Part shown: positions 1-13,489 of the stretch, piece after piece | How the letters are laid out: each line of letters starts with the position of its first letter | Position numbering within the stretch: position 1 is the first letter of the stretch | NCBI GenBank assembly: GCA_951406725.2 | Contig: OX597815.1 | Coordinates: forward strand, 72,664,001-72,728,000 | DNA: 64,000 nt | Direction: 5' to 3' | From: Octopus vulgaris | Taxonomy: Eukaryota | The notes under the pieces: model-generated | The model's input: the letters and a program-made list of their open reading frames with translations, nothing else | Told to the model about the DNA's origin: nothing | Database searches by the model: none | Program-made: the position numbers and the translations under genes

Positions 1-130
1 CCACCATAGCCTCCGTCGTCGCCGTCGCTACCACGACCGACTCCACCACCACCACCACCACCTCCCAATAATGATTTCTAATACTGGCACAAAGGCTACA
101 CGTTTGAGAGGAAGGGTGGAGTCGATTTTG

Positions 131-187
<57 letters not shown>

Positions 188-530
188 GATGATGGTGGTG
201 TGGGTGTGGTTGTGGTGGTGGTGGTGGCGGTGGTGGTGGCGGTGGTAGTGATGCTGGTGGTGCTGGTGATGGCGGTGGTGGTGGTGACGGCGGCGGTAGT
301 GGTGGTGGTGGTGGTGGCGGTGGTGGTGGTGGTGGTTGTGGTACTGCTGCTGCTGCAGGTACCGCTGGAGGCGGCGGCAACGATTACTTTTATCTGCCAC
401 TGAGACGACGTTTGAGAAAGACAATCACAAAGACTTACATAAAATACGAGGATTTACGTAAAAAAAAATATCGAATAAGGAAAAAAAACTTATATACAAA
501 TTTAACATTGTATACAAATAATGAAAGGGC

Positions 531-616
<86 letters not shown>

Positions 617-640
617 TAATAACAATAATAATGATAATAA

Positions 641-845
641 TTCTTTCTGCTACAGGCACAAAGGCCTTAAATTGTCAGGGAGGGGACTAGTCGATTACAT
701 CGACACCAGTGTTTCACTGGTACTTAATTTATCGACCCCGAAAGGATGAAAGATAAAGTCGACTTCGGCGGAATTTGAACTCAGAACGTAGCAATGGATG
801 AAATACCACTAAGCATTTCGTCCGGCGCGCTAACGATTCTGCCAG
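641..845 (-). mobile_element. tRNA-derived SINE family B (core GTCGACTTTGCCTTTCATCCTTTCGGGGTCGATAAA)
   Basis: Reverse complement of the full copy at 38032-38265. More copies or fragments at about 6015-6120, 8107-8245, 38385-38659, 40270-40590, 60466-60785, 62124-62325 and 63400-63570. Confidence 0.8.
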
Positions 846-1403
846 ATTGCAGTGGCTCTCGTGGCTTCTGATCTTAACTGATTGGAAGTGTTATCAATGT
901 ACATTGTTTTGTCTTGGTATAAAGGATGGGCTACAGCAAATATTCTGCTCAATACCACAGATTTACTTGTCAGTTGTTTGACCTTAACCAGTTGAGCATG
1001 TCCCTTAGTGACTGACGATATGTGCATCTCTGATCACGAGCAGAAGTAGTGGGAGAGTATCATAGCCATGTGTTGAGAGGGATTCTTTGGGCTTGAATAA
1101 TTCACCTCTGGAAACATGGGTGTTTTGTTCAATATCCTTAAAAAACCCTTATACAGGAACCCTTTGAGTAGGATGGGTTAATCGACCAGAAGAAAATTCT
1201 AACTGGGTCCCACTTGCAAGGTCATGCGCTGTTTATCTTGATATGAGATCACCAAGTCGCATACATATGTTTGTGATGCACATGTCTAGTCTACCCTTAT
1301 CAGACGGGTAGTCATGATGGGTATACTGGGTTTCGTATATCTTACCCCAGTGTCACTTTGATGACATGCACTGCTCTCTAACTCGATAATAATAATAATA
1401 ATG

Positions 1404-1490
<87 letters not shown>
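846..1490 (+). mobile_element. Unclassified interspersed repeat ending in an (AAT)n tail; partial second copy at about 41365-41515
   Basis: aaatattctgctcaataccacagattt...catagccatgtgttgagagggattctttgg recurs at 41366-41503. Confidence 0.65.
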
Positions 1491-1493
<3 letters not shown>

Positions 1494-1759
1494 TCTTTTT
1501 ATTGGCCACAAGGGCTGACTCACATGATTAGTAAACATAAAGGGACAAAACAGGACGAAAGGTTACAAAGGGTTTTGTCCGTTTTTGAAAAAATCCGAGT
1601 AAAAACTGTTTAACAACGAAAGATTATAACAATGAAAAAATCCCAATAGGGGGAGGCGCTTCGAAAGGTTCCTGGTGGAAAATACCCCATAAAAGCCAAC
1701 GGGAGCCTGGTCAAAAGGGGGTAGAGAGCCCCTTTCTCCTTTTATAAAACCTTTTTCAA

Positions 1760-3313
1760 TCACAGGCGAAACCTGAGAATTGGTCCATTTATACTGGCCA
1801 TTCTCGCACAATTCACCCACCTTTCAGAAAACTTGCTATCGGACAGCACTCTCCTCTCTAACCTCATCTTCCTTTTCAAGTGAAACTTGAAAAAATTGAT
1901 GAAGCCTTGACCAAAAAAGAAAGTGTCTGACTTTAGCCCTTTCAAACGGGTCCACCATACAACTTCTTTCGCCACAGCCACTAGGCACAAGAAAACGGCC
2001 TCGCCCTCCCTGTTAAAGGAGGTCGGCGGGGCAATCTACACTATGGATTCGGCTGATAGCTGGATCCGTCCTACACGTGACAGTAGCTGTTCGACATAAA
2101 CCCATAGTTCAGCAATACTCGGGCACTGGACGAGTGCGTGCAGAACGGTTTCGTTGTCCTGGCAACACTTCGGGCAGGCCCGGCTGACGGCACTTCCGTG
2201 CCGGTAGAGTTTATCTCGAACAGGCAGAGCCCCTCGGTAGTACTGCCTGGCGAGCGACCTCTGGAAATTATCCATTGGCCCCGGCCCGAAAGTCCTTCCG
2301 AACAGACCGCTCAGTTCGTTATCGTCAACGCCTAGAGTTTCCCCGAGAACGTCGTCGCATTTTTCCTCCACTAACCCTCTATAGAACGCTAGAGTGGAGC
2401 TGAAACCGATCGCATTGCCCGCCTGGCGGAGGGCGGAGAGAGCTTGACGGCACTCGAGGTGCCAAGCGCCCTTTCTCGGTCTACGTTTGATCCAGGTCTG
2501 CAGCTCTGTCAAAGAGACGAGCTGCGGAAAGTCGCGTCTGACAAAAGACGACCACACCTGTTCACCGTCTAGGAAACGCTTGAAATGTCGCAGCCTGAGC
2601 GCATGTCTGCGCATCAGTAACCACGGCATGCCAAGGCCTCCGTTCAGCGGTCGTTGACAGCAGATGGATCACCTGACCAGTGGCACCTGACCCTTCCACA
2701 AAAAGTCGAAGTGCAGGCGTACCAGCTTGGCCAACCAGCGGTTGGGACAAGGGACGACGGTCAAGCGGTAATAGATGACGGATAGCTGAAAGCGGCCGAG
2801 TAGGTTGGCGAGGCTCTTGCACCCTCCTCTTCTATCAGACGCTCCCCTGCCCACCCGATCGAAACGTTCGTCTAAGACAGCATTCCAATCCCCAACTAGC
2901 ACTAGAGTGCGTGACGTTCCCAGGAAAACTTCCAGACGCTTGAAATAATCCGACTGCCCTGCTCCTGTTGGAGCGTAGGCAGCCAGCAGTCTGAAAGCAC
3001 CGCCGTCACTACCGTCTACGTCGAGGACCACCAACTTACCTTCCGGATCCAGGAAGACTGTCCTTATTTTCAAGTCCAGGCCCTTCCGAAACAACACCGC
3101 AGTACCACCACCGCCCGCTCCCGGCCGACACGGAGATAGAAATATCTCGTATCCGCCGAAAAGGGCTGCGAGTTCCTGCGGGTCGGAGAGCCTGGTTTCA
3201 CTGATGGCTGCTACATCCACATCATGAAACCTCAGGTCGTTTAACAGGTGACCCTGTTTCCAAGGTGACCCGAGGCCTCTCACATTCAAGCAACCGATTC
3301 TAAGTTTTGCCAT
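1760..3313 (-). pseudogene. LINE ORF2 remnant: N-terminal part of AP endonuclease fused to the post-RT/C-terminal region
   Basis: GCLNVRGL, ISETRL, YAP and LVGDWN are APE motifs; FLWKG..RPLNGGLGMP and CPKCCQDNETVLHALVQCP are post-RT motifs. ORFs 2669-3313, 2036-2629 and 1760-1990 share one frame with two internal stops. No YxDD or other RT core motif is present. Confidence 0.87.
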
Positions 3314-3352
3314 GTTTCAAAGGTGGGGAAAAAATAAAAGGAGAAAAAGGCT

Positions 3353-5201
3353 CTACTTACTGTTGTTGGTGGTGGGGGTGGCTCCCTTGTGCTTTTGCAC
3401 GGGTGCTTCCACGATATTTTTATAAAGTTTCTTTGAGAAACTTTTCCCTACCGATCCGACATCGTTAGGGAATATTTGTTTTATGTCATTGTATGTTGTT
3501 GCGTTAATTTTTATTGTGAGAATGTGTGCTGGTGGTGTGTTGTGTGTTGGTATAACGAAATCTGTTATGTTTGTACTTGTTTTGTCTTTTAGGTATGCAA
3601 CGAGTTTTTCATTTTTTGTGTTTATTGCTGTAGTCGAGTCTGTTGGTGTTGGTGTGTGTGGCAGTGGTAGTAGTAGTGTCGAAAGTGTTGTTGTTGCTTG
3701 TTGTTGTGAGTGTGTGTTGTTGTTGTTGTTGATGTTGGGAAGCACTATTTGTTCGTGCTTCCCCTATGTGTCCTTTTGTTTTTTCCTCCTTTTCTTTTTT
3801 GGAGGCACTGTGTGCCATTCCCCTTTCTCGGTATCAGTGCTCGCACAATCCGAGCTGTCCTGATCCGGAAAGGGGATGACTGTCGGGTCCGCTTCATCAG
3901 CAGGGCAAAAGATTTTTGTTGGTTCTGCTGGTAGCGGTGGTTCTGCTGGTAGCGGTGGTGTTGCTGTGTCTATTGGTGATGATGACGCTGTTGGTGTTTC
4001 TCCTTGTTTTTTTGTTGTCGTTTTTCTTGGTGCTGGGGTTGGTGTTGGTTTGATGGTTGTTGTTGGAGGTGGTGTCGTTCGTCTTGGTGGTGGTGATGGT
4101 GTTGGTGGTATGGCAGCCTTTGGTGTTTCGTGCTGCTGTTGTTGTTGTTGTTGTTGCTGCTGCTGCTGCTGCTGCCTCTTGCCGTTTGCCTCCATTCTTT
4201 TCTCGTAAATGGAGCAGTCCCTTTTTAGGTGGCTTTCGCTGCTGCAGAGGTAACATTTTGACTTTCGCCCCTCCACAGCAACGTGTAGCCTGGTGCCGTC
4301 CGGCAAATTAACGGAATCTGGGATCGTGTTGATGTTTTCTTGCTGAATCTGTGCCAGGAGCAGCACTCCCATTCCTAACCAGTTCTTTTCCTTCACTCTC
4401 CGTACATCCAGAATAGTGGCAGTGTCCTCTATGTCATAGAGGACAGCTGCCCACAGCCATGATATATCGAGTTCAGGGGGGACAAGGTCGATTTTTATTT
4501 TCGTTACTCTCCGCCCAAGGTGGGTTGGGACGAATAAAAAATTTTCTGTTTGCAAGGGCGAAATGGCATGCGCCCTTGCTTCCTCCTCCGTTCGAAAACG
4601 AACCTCTACGGTTCCAAAACGCTTCCCCTTGGTTATGTAGCCCTTTTGGCCCCAAATGGGCTTTAGAGCTATTTCCAATTGTTGGGGTGTGGCGTTTGTT
4701 AGTTTTTTACACTTTTTTATCGAAAATTTTGTAGGTGATTGTTTTTTTACTTGTTTCATCAATCACTTCTTGTGGAGTATTGAGGAAAATGCTATTGCCT
4801 TCTTTCCTCAATAACTCCTTTGCCTTTTTAATGTCCTGTATCGTGATTTTTATTTCATCCGAAACCTGCTTTGCAGCGGAAGCAAAACCGTTGGAATTTT
4901 CTTCACTTTTTTTTTTGTTCGTGCTTGTGTCTATGTTAGTCATAGCTTTCCCTTCCTCCCTCTCCGGTACCATAGCATTGGTGGAAGGCAGAGGAGGGAA
5001 ATCTTCAATGACGTCGAAAGTGACGTCCTGGTTTTCTTTCTCCTTTCGAACGGTGCACGTGCTTTCAGCTTCGGAAGGAGGATCTTTGTTGCCTTTTATG
5101 GCGCGAAGTGGGCGGTTTGGAAAAGTTTTTGACAATGTGTGTGTTTGCGGAGGGTGTGGTGTTGGGAGAAAGGAACAGCCGACTGCTCGCTTCATAGCCA
5201 T
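3353..5201 (-). pseudogene. LINE ORF1 (gag-like: RRM-like region, zinc knuckle, polyQ and Pro/Thr-rich linker), disrupted
   Basis: Track ORFs 4707-5201, 3764-4762 and 3353-3745 join with one frameshift in an A-run near 4713-4718 and one in-frame TAG at 3764-3766. Motif CYLCSSESHLKRDC. Confidence 0.8.
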
Positions 5202-5349
5202 GTTTGTTGAAATGTATGTGTATAATTTTCAAAATGTTCAAATTTCAAATGTAATTTTACCTCCAATGGGGTAAAAGTTTGCCTAGCCAACTAGCTCCGC
5301 AAGAAGTTAGTCGGAATAATAATAATGCTGATGACGACGATGACGATAA

Positions 5350-6018
5350 TTTTTTTATTGGGCACAAGGGTCCAAGACATTGAAGACTACATCAAAAGAC
5401 GAAATACAACACGCAAAAAGAAAGTGAGGTTTGCATCGATCAAAAGCGGAAACAACAAGAAGGATATAACAACAAAAGTCAGAAAATAAATAAATCCCCA
5501 AATAGAATCATAATAGCTGAGTAGCGGGTAGAGTAATTCGGGGGTGGAGAACCCCTACACACAAAGAGGTCCTCGGATTTACTCTGTCGTCTTCGAGGCA
5601 TCGAAAGTGTCTTCTGCCATTTTCTTTCCTTCTGCCTAGAAAAGTGTACTTAATATAGGCTAACTCGGTTTCACTAAGTCTTGCCACTCCCATCAACCTT
5701 TCGATAAACACACAATTCACATCTCTTTCTTTACCCTCACCTTCTTCTTCAAATGATAGTTGAAGATATTGATGAGAGCATAACCAGGTAGGAAAGTACT
5801 TGTCTTCAAACTAGTTAAATGGTTAAACTACACAGCTTCTTTCGCCACCAAAGACGAGAGATCTACTGCCCTACAATCGCAAAGGAAGGGGATGCATAGG
5901 TTTTCACAACAGACTTCAGACAGCCAGATTCGTTTTAACATGAGACAGGAGCTGCTTGACACAAGTCCACGTGTCACTAATGCACGGACACTGAACTATT
6001 GCGTGCAGCACGGTTTTG
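5350..6018 (-). mobile_element. Older, 5'-truncated copy of a related L1/Tx1 element (3' end only)
   Basis: ttttattgggcacaaggg, cttctttcgccac and gcgtgcagcacggtt match 1497-2150 of the adjacent element. Confidence 0.7.
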
Positions 6019-6324
6019 GCACAAGGCCAACAATTCTGAGGAGAGGCGAGGCAAAGTTGACTACAACGACTTCAATACTTGACTGGTACTTTATTTTATC
6101 GACCTTGGAAGAAAAAGATTAAAAAAATCCCACCCCGGGGAGGAATTTGTACGTCACAGAATCCGCGAGACCCTCCTTATGAACCTATGGTTAAGGAAGG
6201 ACTTTTGATCAGTTTTTATATCATCATTGTATGTGTGTGTGTATATGTTTGTGTGTGTGTGTATGTGTGTTTGTGTGTGTGTGTGTGTGTATGCGTATTG
6301 TGTGTGTGTGTGTGTGTAAGACAG

Positions 6325-6830
6325 AACTTTATACATTCTGTAGGCGAACCGTATGTCGAGGCAGATATCATATTATACAGTTCAAAATTGGGCGTAATTG
6401 ACACCCTTGTTTACCTAGGAAGCATGCTCTCTATGGATGCCCATCACGCTAAATGCAGAAATGCATCTACGCATTCAGAAAGCGTCTGAGGCATTTAGGA
6501 AGCTCGAAAAAAGAGTCTATGAAAACCACAGCGTCACCAAAAGACTCACCTGAACGTTTAGGAGTGTATAGTAACTGTTATGTTGTACTCTTCTGAAACA
6601 TCGACATTACAACGTAAGCATCTCAAGCTGCTTGAGTCACATGCTCACCTTCAAATGGCAAAGAAAAACACTTGAAGCAGAAGAAAAGATGGGATGCACA
6701 AGCATCCAGTCACTCATCATATCTATTCAGATGCGCTGGGTAGGTCATGTACGAATGGAGGGTAACAGGATTCCAAAGCAGCTGTTCTAAGGTGATCTGT
6801 GCACTGGAAGGCGTCCTTACCACAAACCAC
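6325..6830 (+). mobile_element. Degenerate RTE (BovB-like) LINE fragment, C-terminal part of the ORF
   Basis: Translated pieces VYLGSMLS, MLYSSET and [33 protein letters not shown], with stops and frameshifts. Confidence 0.7.
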
Positions 6831-7535
6831 ATGTATGCATGTATATATATCTGTCTGTCTGTCTGTCTGTCTGTATGTATGTATGTATGTATGTATGTAT
6901 GTATGTATGTATGTATGTGTGTATATATGGATGGATGGGTGGATAGATGGATGGATGTATATATGTATGTAAATATGTATGTATGTATGCATGTGTGCAT
7001 GCATGTTTGCATGTGTGCATGCATGCATGCATGTAAGTATGTATGAATGTATGGATGCATGCATGCATTGTGTATGTATGCATGTGTGTATGTATGTATG
7101 TATGGATGGATGGATGGGTGGAAGGATGGATGCATATATGTATGTAAATATGCATGTATGCATGTGTGTATGTATGCATGCATGTATGTATGGATGAATG
7201 GATGCATGCAATCATGCATTGTGTATGTATGCATGTGTGTATGTATGTATGTATGTATGTATGTATGGATGGATGGATAGATGGATGGATGGATGGATGG
7301 ATGGATGGAAAGATGGATGGATGGGTGGATGGATGGATGCATGTATGTATGTATGCATGTGTGTATGTATGCATGCATGTATGTATAGATGAATGGATGC
7401 ATGCATGCATGCAAGCAGGCAATGTGTATGTATGCATGCATGTATGTATGTATGTATGTATGTATGTATGTATGTATGTATGTATGTATGTATGTATGTA
7501 TGTATGTATGTATGTATGTATGTATGTATATGTGT
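6831..7535. repeat. Compound tetranucleotide microsatellite (ATGT/ATGG/ATGC) with higher-order duplication
   Basis: Direct inspection; blocks such as gcattgtgtatgtatgcatgtgtgtatg recur about 150 bp apart. Confidence 0.95.
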
Positions 7536-7980
7536 ATATATGTACATACTTCCTGAAAAGACGCTATATTTTCTTTCTGAAAGGACTTTGCCTATTTTTC
7601 ACTTTTTCAAGTAATCTGAAGACTACAGATGGAATACTATGATCAGCAAAGTAGTATCGTTGCTAACAAACACCACGATATGTACACATGCACCCACACA
7701 CAAACACACACGCACACATATATACACAGATATATATGCATACATATAGACAAACTTGTATATATGTATGAATGTGTGTGTATACACACACACTTACGTA
7801 TATATATATATATATATATACGCACACACACACATACATACACACACATACACACACACAAATGGTTACACATTGCTGTTATAATGTCAAAAGCTTCTTG
7901 ACATCTGATCATCGTAAACCAAGTGAAGGAATGACCTTATGCAATAAAGAGGATAATGTGGTGGTGGTGGTGTAATCGTA

Positions 7981-8014
<34 letters not shown>

Positions 8015-8403
8015 CGACGACGACGACGACGACAACGACGACGATGACGATGATGACAACGATAACGATGATGATGCTGATGACGATTGCGATTATGACG
8101 ATGATAATCCTTTCTACTATAGGCACAAGGCCTGGATTTTTGTGGGGAGGGGGACAATAAATCGCATCGACCCTCAGTACTTGACTGGTACTTAATTTAT
8201 CGACATCGAAAGGATGAAAGGCAAAGTCGACCTTGGCGGAATTTTGATGGCGATGATAATGACGAGATAATGACGACGACAACGACGACGACGACGATGA
8301 TGATGCTGATGATGATGATGATGATAATGTTTGTTGTACTGATGATGGCAGCGGTAGTGATGGCAGTGGTGGTTGTGAAGACGATGATGATGATGATGAC
8401 GAC

Positions 8404-8472
<69 letters not shown>

Positions 8473-8484
8473 AATGACGAGATA

Positions 8485-8519
<35 letters not shown>

Positions 8520-8576
8520 AATGTTTGTTGTACTGATGATGGCAGCGGTAGTGATGGCAGTGGTGGTTGTGAAGAC

Positions 8577-8623
<47 letters not shown>

Positions 8624-8630
8624 CAATAAT
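7981..8630. repeat. (GAT/GAC)n trinucleotide field with an internal tandem duplication and an embedded SINE-B fragment
   Basis: ataatgtttgttgtactgatgatggcagcggtagtgatggcagtggtggttgtgaagacg occurs at about 8324 and 8518. Confidence 0.9.
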
Positions 8631-8844
8631 AATAAGTGTATCTCAAGATGCCATCGTTGCTATTAAAAAAGAAAAGAAAAGGAAACGAAAGCACGAGATA
8701 ATATTTTACACAACTGATGAAAGAAAATGAAACTTGAAACTAAACATGGAAATGTAAATAATTTTTAAAAACCCTCAATTCAATATCGAATAAAACAACA
8801 AAAAGGCATTCGTTTATGACTATGAAAGTACTTACATAAGTGAG

Positions 8845-9192
8845 GGAGAGAGAGAGAGAGTTGGAGGAGGAGAAAGAGAGGGGAGAGAGAGAGCAAGGGA
8901 GAAGAATGTGAAAGAAAGTAAGAGAGAGAGAGAGTGAAAGAAGGTATTAGAGACAGCAAGAGTAAAGCTAGTACGTGTATCATTATATACAGCAAACACT
9001 CTCTCATCTTCTCTGTGTCTCTCTGTCACTCTCTCTGTATACCTCTCTCCCTCCCTCCCTCGCTGTCTGTGTGTCTGTCTGGCTGGCTGGCTCTCTCTCT
9101 CTCTCTCCATTTTTTTATCTCTCCCCATCTCCCTTTTCTATCTCTCCCCCTCTGCATGTCTTTCTCTCCCTCTCTCTCTTCATCAGTCTGTA

Positions 9193-9223
<31 letters not shown>

Positions 9224-9605
9224 ATGTATGTATGTATGTATGTATGTATGTATGTATCTGTCTCTCCCTTGCTCTCTCTCTCTCTCTTGCTCTCTCTCCT
9301 GCTCTCTTTCTCTCTTGCAATCTCTCTTTCTCTTTCTCTCTTGCAATCTCTCTTTCTCTGTCTCTCTTGCAATCTCTCTTTCTCTTTCTCTCTCTCTGTC
9401 TATTGGTCTGTCACTCAGTCTCTCTCTCTCTCTCACTCTTGCTCTCTCTCACTCTTGCTCTCTCTCACTCTTGCTCTCTCTCACTCTTGCTCTCTCTCAC
9501 TCTTGCTCTCTCTCTCTCTCTCTGTCTATCTGTTTGTCTATCACTCAGTCTCTCTCTTTCTCTTGCTCTCTCTCTCTCTGTTTGCCTATCTGTTTGTCTG
9601 TTACT

Positions 9606-9652
<47 letters not shown>

Positions 9653-10100
9653 GATTACAATATTTAATGTATCTTTTATTTATTTATTTATTTATTTATT
9701 TTTTGTAAAATTATTACAAAAACTCAATAAAAGCAACAACAGCACGAACAAAAAGAGGAAAAACAACAGTAAAAACAACAACAACAACAACAGTTGCAGC
9801 AGAACAACGATAGCAACAACACCAGCACCAACAGCACAACACGAATAGTAACAAGTATCAAAGCAGCAAAAGCAACATCAGCAACAGCAGCAACAACAAC
9901 GACGACGACGATGGTGATGATGATGATGATGATAATGATGATGATGATGATGATGATGATGATAATAACAACAACAGCACAGCACGAACAGTAACAAGTA
10001 CCAAAGCAGCAAAAGCAACAACAACAGCAGGAGCAACAGCAACAACAACAGCAGCACCAGCCTCAGCAGTAGCAACAACAACCACAACAACAACAATAGC
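8845..10100. repeat. Low-complexity (GA)n, (CT)n and (CAA/CAG/GAT)n microsatellites
   Basis: Direct inspection. Confidence 0.9.
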
Positions 10101-12961
10101 AACAAACCAATTCCATCTAGTCGATGAATTAAAAACTGTGGCTCGCGTTAGCAACGCTTCATTTGTGACAACATCAAGTGTTTAGAGAAAAGTCATTAGC
10201 GATTGTGCATTATGAAAAACTACTTAATTAGTAAAAGGATAAAAAAAAAATCAAAAAAACCACGTACAAGAAATAAGGAACAAAAACAAAAAAATAAATT
10301 TAAAAAAAACAAAAATATTGCAGTGGCTTGTCTCAGGTTTACTGGTGACATTTCTAAATTGGTGCTTCTGGAATATTCTATTCAAGACACATCAATATTG
10401 ATAGAATCGCAACCGAGCGAGTGCCCCTGTTGCATGATAAACCAAAGTGGTTTCGATATCTGAAACTGGGTAAATTCACTTCTTTTTACATCGAAGATCC
10501 ACCTGAGAAAAGGCACCAATAATACCTTCACAAGGGTCCCATTAATATCCATAGAGGCTCTAAGTACTTAAAAGATTTTCGTGTCTCCCATATATACGTA
10601 ATTCAAAATATCAACAATAATAAACCATAAAATGAATTTTTATTTTTCAAAATAAAACAAGTCTAACAGTAAGATGGAAAATAAGGTTTATTTTGTATAC
10701 TTCCACTTTATTTATATTCGAAAAGTATTTTTTTAACTTTTTTTAATTGGAAATTGATCAGGTCCTCACTATGGCACTATGAACACATCGAAATTATATT
10801 TCCGATCAAATAAACCACTTCGAATATTATTTTAGCAAGTTTAAAATGATTTCGTTTGTGCCGTAAACTCTTTACCATTTCTGTGGTGCTTCCCTTTCCT
10901 TGATACCCTTAACACGTGCTTATTTTGCTTAATGGTTAATCTAGCTTTGACCTTCACATTTAACTTCTTGATCATATCTCCTTTCCCAAGATTTAGTTCA
11001 CTCATCCTTACCCACATGAGAAAGGGTATGAATACTCACACACCTGATTTCTCGATTATTTCCCCTTTCTTAAGATTTTGTGCTTTTGTGTTCAGGCCAA
11101 GGTGCTGTTGTGTTGAGGTAAGGCTAAGTCATATCATCAACACCTAGATATTACTATCTCGAGTCCTATGACTCATAGGCACGATTATCCGGTTTCCATG
11201 GCATACTAGTGACCAAGACTACAACACTACCCACTGAACAAGATGTTTGTCCGTCGCAGACTTACTCATTTACAGCTGAGTGAAAGTAAGTGTTTTGCTC
11301 AAAAACACAGTTCGGTCCGGAGATTGAAACCGCAATCTTGCAATTGTGTATGCAACACCTTAACCACTAAGCCACGCACCTTCACTTCGCTGTTGTCCAG
11401 TTCAATGCTTCTACTTAAATACGGAATCCATTATCCAGCAAGCATTCGGGTTACGTCTCTCGTTTGAGGCAATCCTCCATAAACCTTTCCACCAGTATTC
11501 GAGGCCTTGTACAAGTTCATGGATACTACTTCCTTTCCTGGTTATAATACGGATGAAATAAACATCAGAGAAGATTTGCCTTATGCAGAAATTGCATGAG
11601 TTGCCTTAAAGATTTTGCAAGCTCTTCTCGTGATAGTAACTAAGGCTATCGCAATATTGGAAACCCTTTTGTTTCTTCTTCATCAGGTATCTCAGGATTA
11701 CAAGGGTTTCTCTCCTTAGCCATTACGCTTCACCTAAGAAGACATGGTCATTGACAAGGTCCAACGTGACTGAAATGCAGCTGGCGTTCTTGCTCTCCAC
11801 TTCTGAATTGATTTTCGCCTCCCTCTGATGTATACTGCGTTTTTAAACACTGAACGTTCATAAGAGAAGTTATCTCTAAACGAATACCGCAGAAAGTTTG
11901 CCTTCCGGCAACGGCTTTACACCAAGTGTGATACATAGTTGGGCATATATATATGTGTGTACATCTTTCGGCAATGTGGAGTAGCCACAAAAAGAAAAAA
12001 AAAATGAGAGAAATGATGCTTTCGATTAAAAATTCTGCGTTTGAGTTATTCGGTCTTACTTTCGTCGACATTCCCTTATTAATCTCACCACTTTAAATAA
12101 GTTGTGTGAGAAGTCGTTCTATCTATGCTTAGTTGATAAGGTTAATATATTTACTTAAATGTTAACATACTTAATGCAAAATGAATAAAATAATTATGCA
12201 ATAAGGAAAAATTACTAATATTATTTTAATAATTACGGCGATTAAGGGTAACAGCTTTGAAGATGTTTCTACCTTATTATGATCAGCGATGCATACACTT
12301 AACTAGACTTGCAGATGTAGAGAAGGGACTGTAGTAGTGTAGTAATTCTCAATTTCCTTAATACTGGAGGCCGAAAAGATTGGCTGTAATTAGGCTTTTA
12401 CTCTTGTAAAAATGACAGTACGGTATCCATCAGTAGTAGCTGCTGGTCGGTACACAACCATGCCTTTTAATACCTTTACTAAGCCTCGTTTACATTTCAA
12501 AGCCTCGTTTTCCACTGGTTGTAGTAATATTAACAGTAGTGAGTATAACATGCATAGTTATAGTAATAATATCAGTAATTATTACCACAGGGATTCCACA
12601 AGTATGTACACTGATCGAAATAGAAAGACTTGAATCGTTCAGAGAATGAATTTGTTAGAGAAGTTAACCGCTTGTTATGAAAAGTGGCAGCTAAGTTCAT
12701 ATTTAAATTTTAGCTTTTAGTCGTTTAGGAAGTTGGACTGCGGTCATTCTGGGGCACCGCCTTGAAGGGTTTTAATCGAACAAATTGATCCTAGTACTTA
12801 TTTTTTTCTTTAGCCTGGTATACAATCTATCGGCGTCCTTTGCTGAAACCTTAAGGAAGCTACAACGCAAACCAACTTACACCGTTGGCATGCGATAATG
12901 GCGTGTGATAGTGGACAAACACTGGCACAGATGTATGTGTGTGTGTGTCTCTCTCTTTCTA

Positions 12962-13037
<76 letters not shown>

Positions 13038-13039
13038 TG

Positions 13040-13228
13040 TTTTCTGCCTGTCTTTGTCTCTCTCTTTTACTCATGTGGGTTCTAGGTAGTTAGCAGCAGC
13101 TAGTTTGATATGAATTCTTGTCTTTTTGACAAGAATTCATATCAAGGCAAGAATTCATATCAAACTAGCAGCTGCTAACTACTTAGAACCCACAAGAATA
13201 AAAGAGAGAGGCGGAGAGAGGCAGAAAA
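13040..13228. repeat. Fold-back inverted repeat with arms of about 80 bp next to (TG)n
   Basis: tgtgggttctaggtagttagcagcagctagtttgatatgaattcttg is mirrored by caagaattcatatcaaactagcagctgctaactacttagaacccaca. Confidence 0.85.
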
Positions 13229-13489
13229 AAGGAAAATCTCCCTTGCATTTGAAAACTATGGAAATATATATTTTTTAAATTTCATTTAATTTTTCCACAA
13301 TTTAATTGTTTTTCATACATTACTCAAAGTTGAAAAGTCGCAATGACTGAAACCGGTACTAAAATGTTCTTCATGATAAAATTATTTTAGCATTTTCTAC
13401 CTTGTCTTATTTTCCTATACATATCAACTCGTGTGTTCCACACACACACACACATACACACACACATATATATAATATAAATAATATAT

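Larger units (their letters stand above)
1491..5314 (-). mobile_element. L1/Tx1-clade non-LTR retrotransposon, apparently with both ends but with the RT domain internally deleted
   Basis: Two-ORF layout with a 5' UTR, ORF1 (CCHC knuckle), ORF2 (APE start, post-RT GGLGMP, C-terminal Zn motif), a 3' UTR with AATAAA at 1498-1503, and (AAT)n on both flanks. Confidence 0.88.

Noticed and set aside
71-690. Poly-I/V/P/L ORFs resembling membrane or proline-rich proteins
   Set aside because: (AAT)n and (GGT)n repeats. The polyH/D/M and SL/ER ORFs at 7887-10154 are the same kind of artefact.
10320-12100. Possible exons or TE coding remnants in complex-looking sequence
   Set aside because: No recognisable motif or consistent spliced frame; a translated search would be needed.
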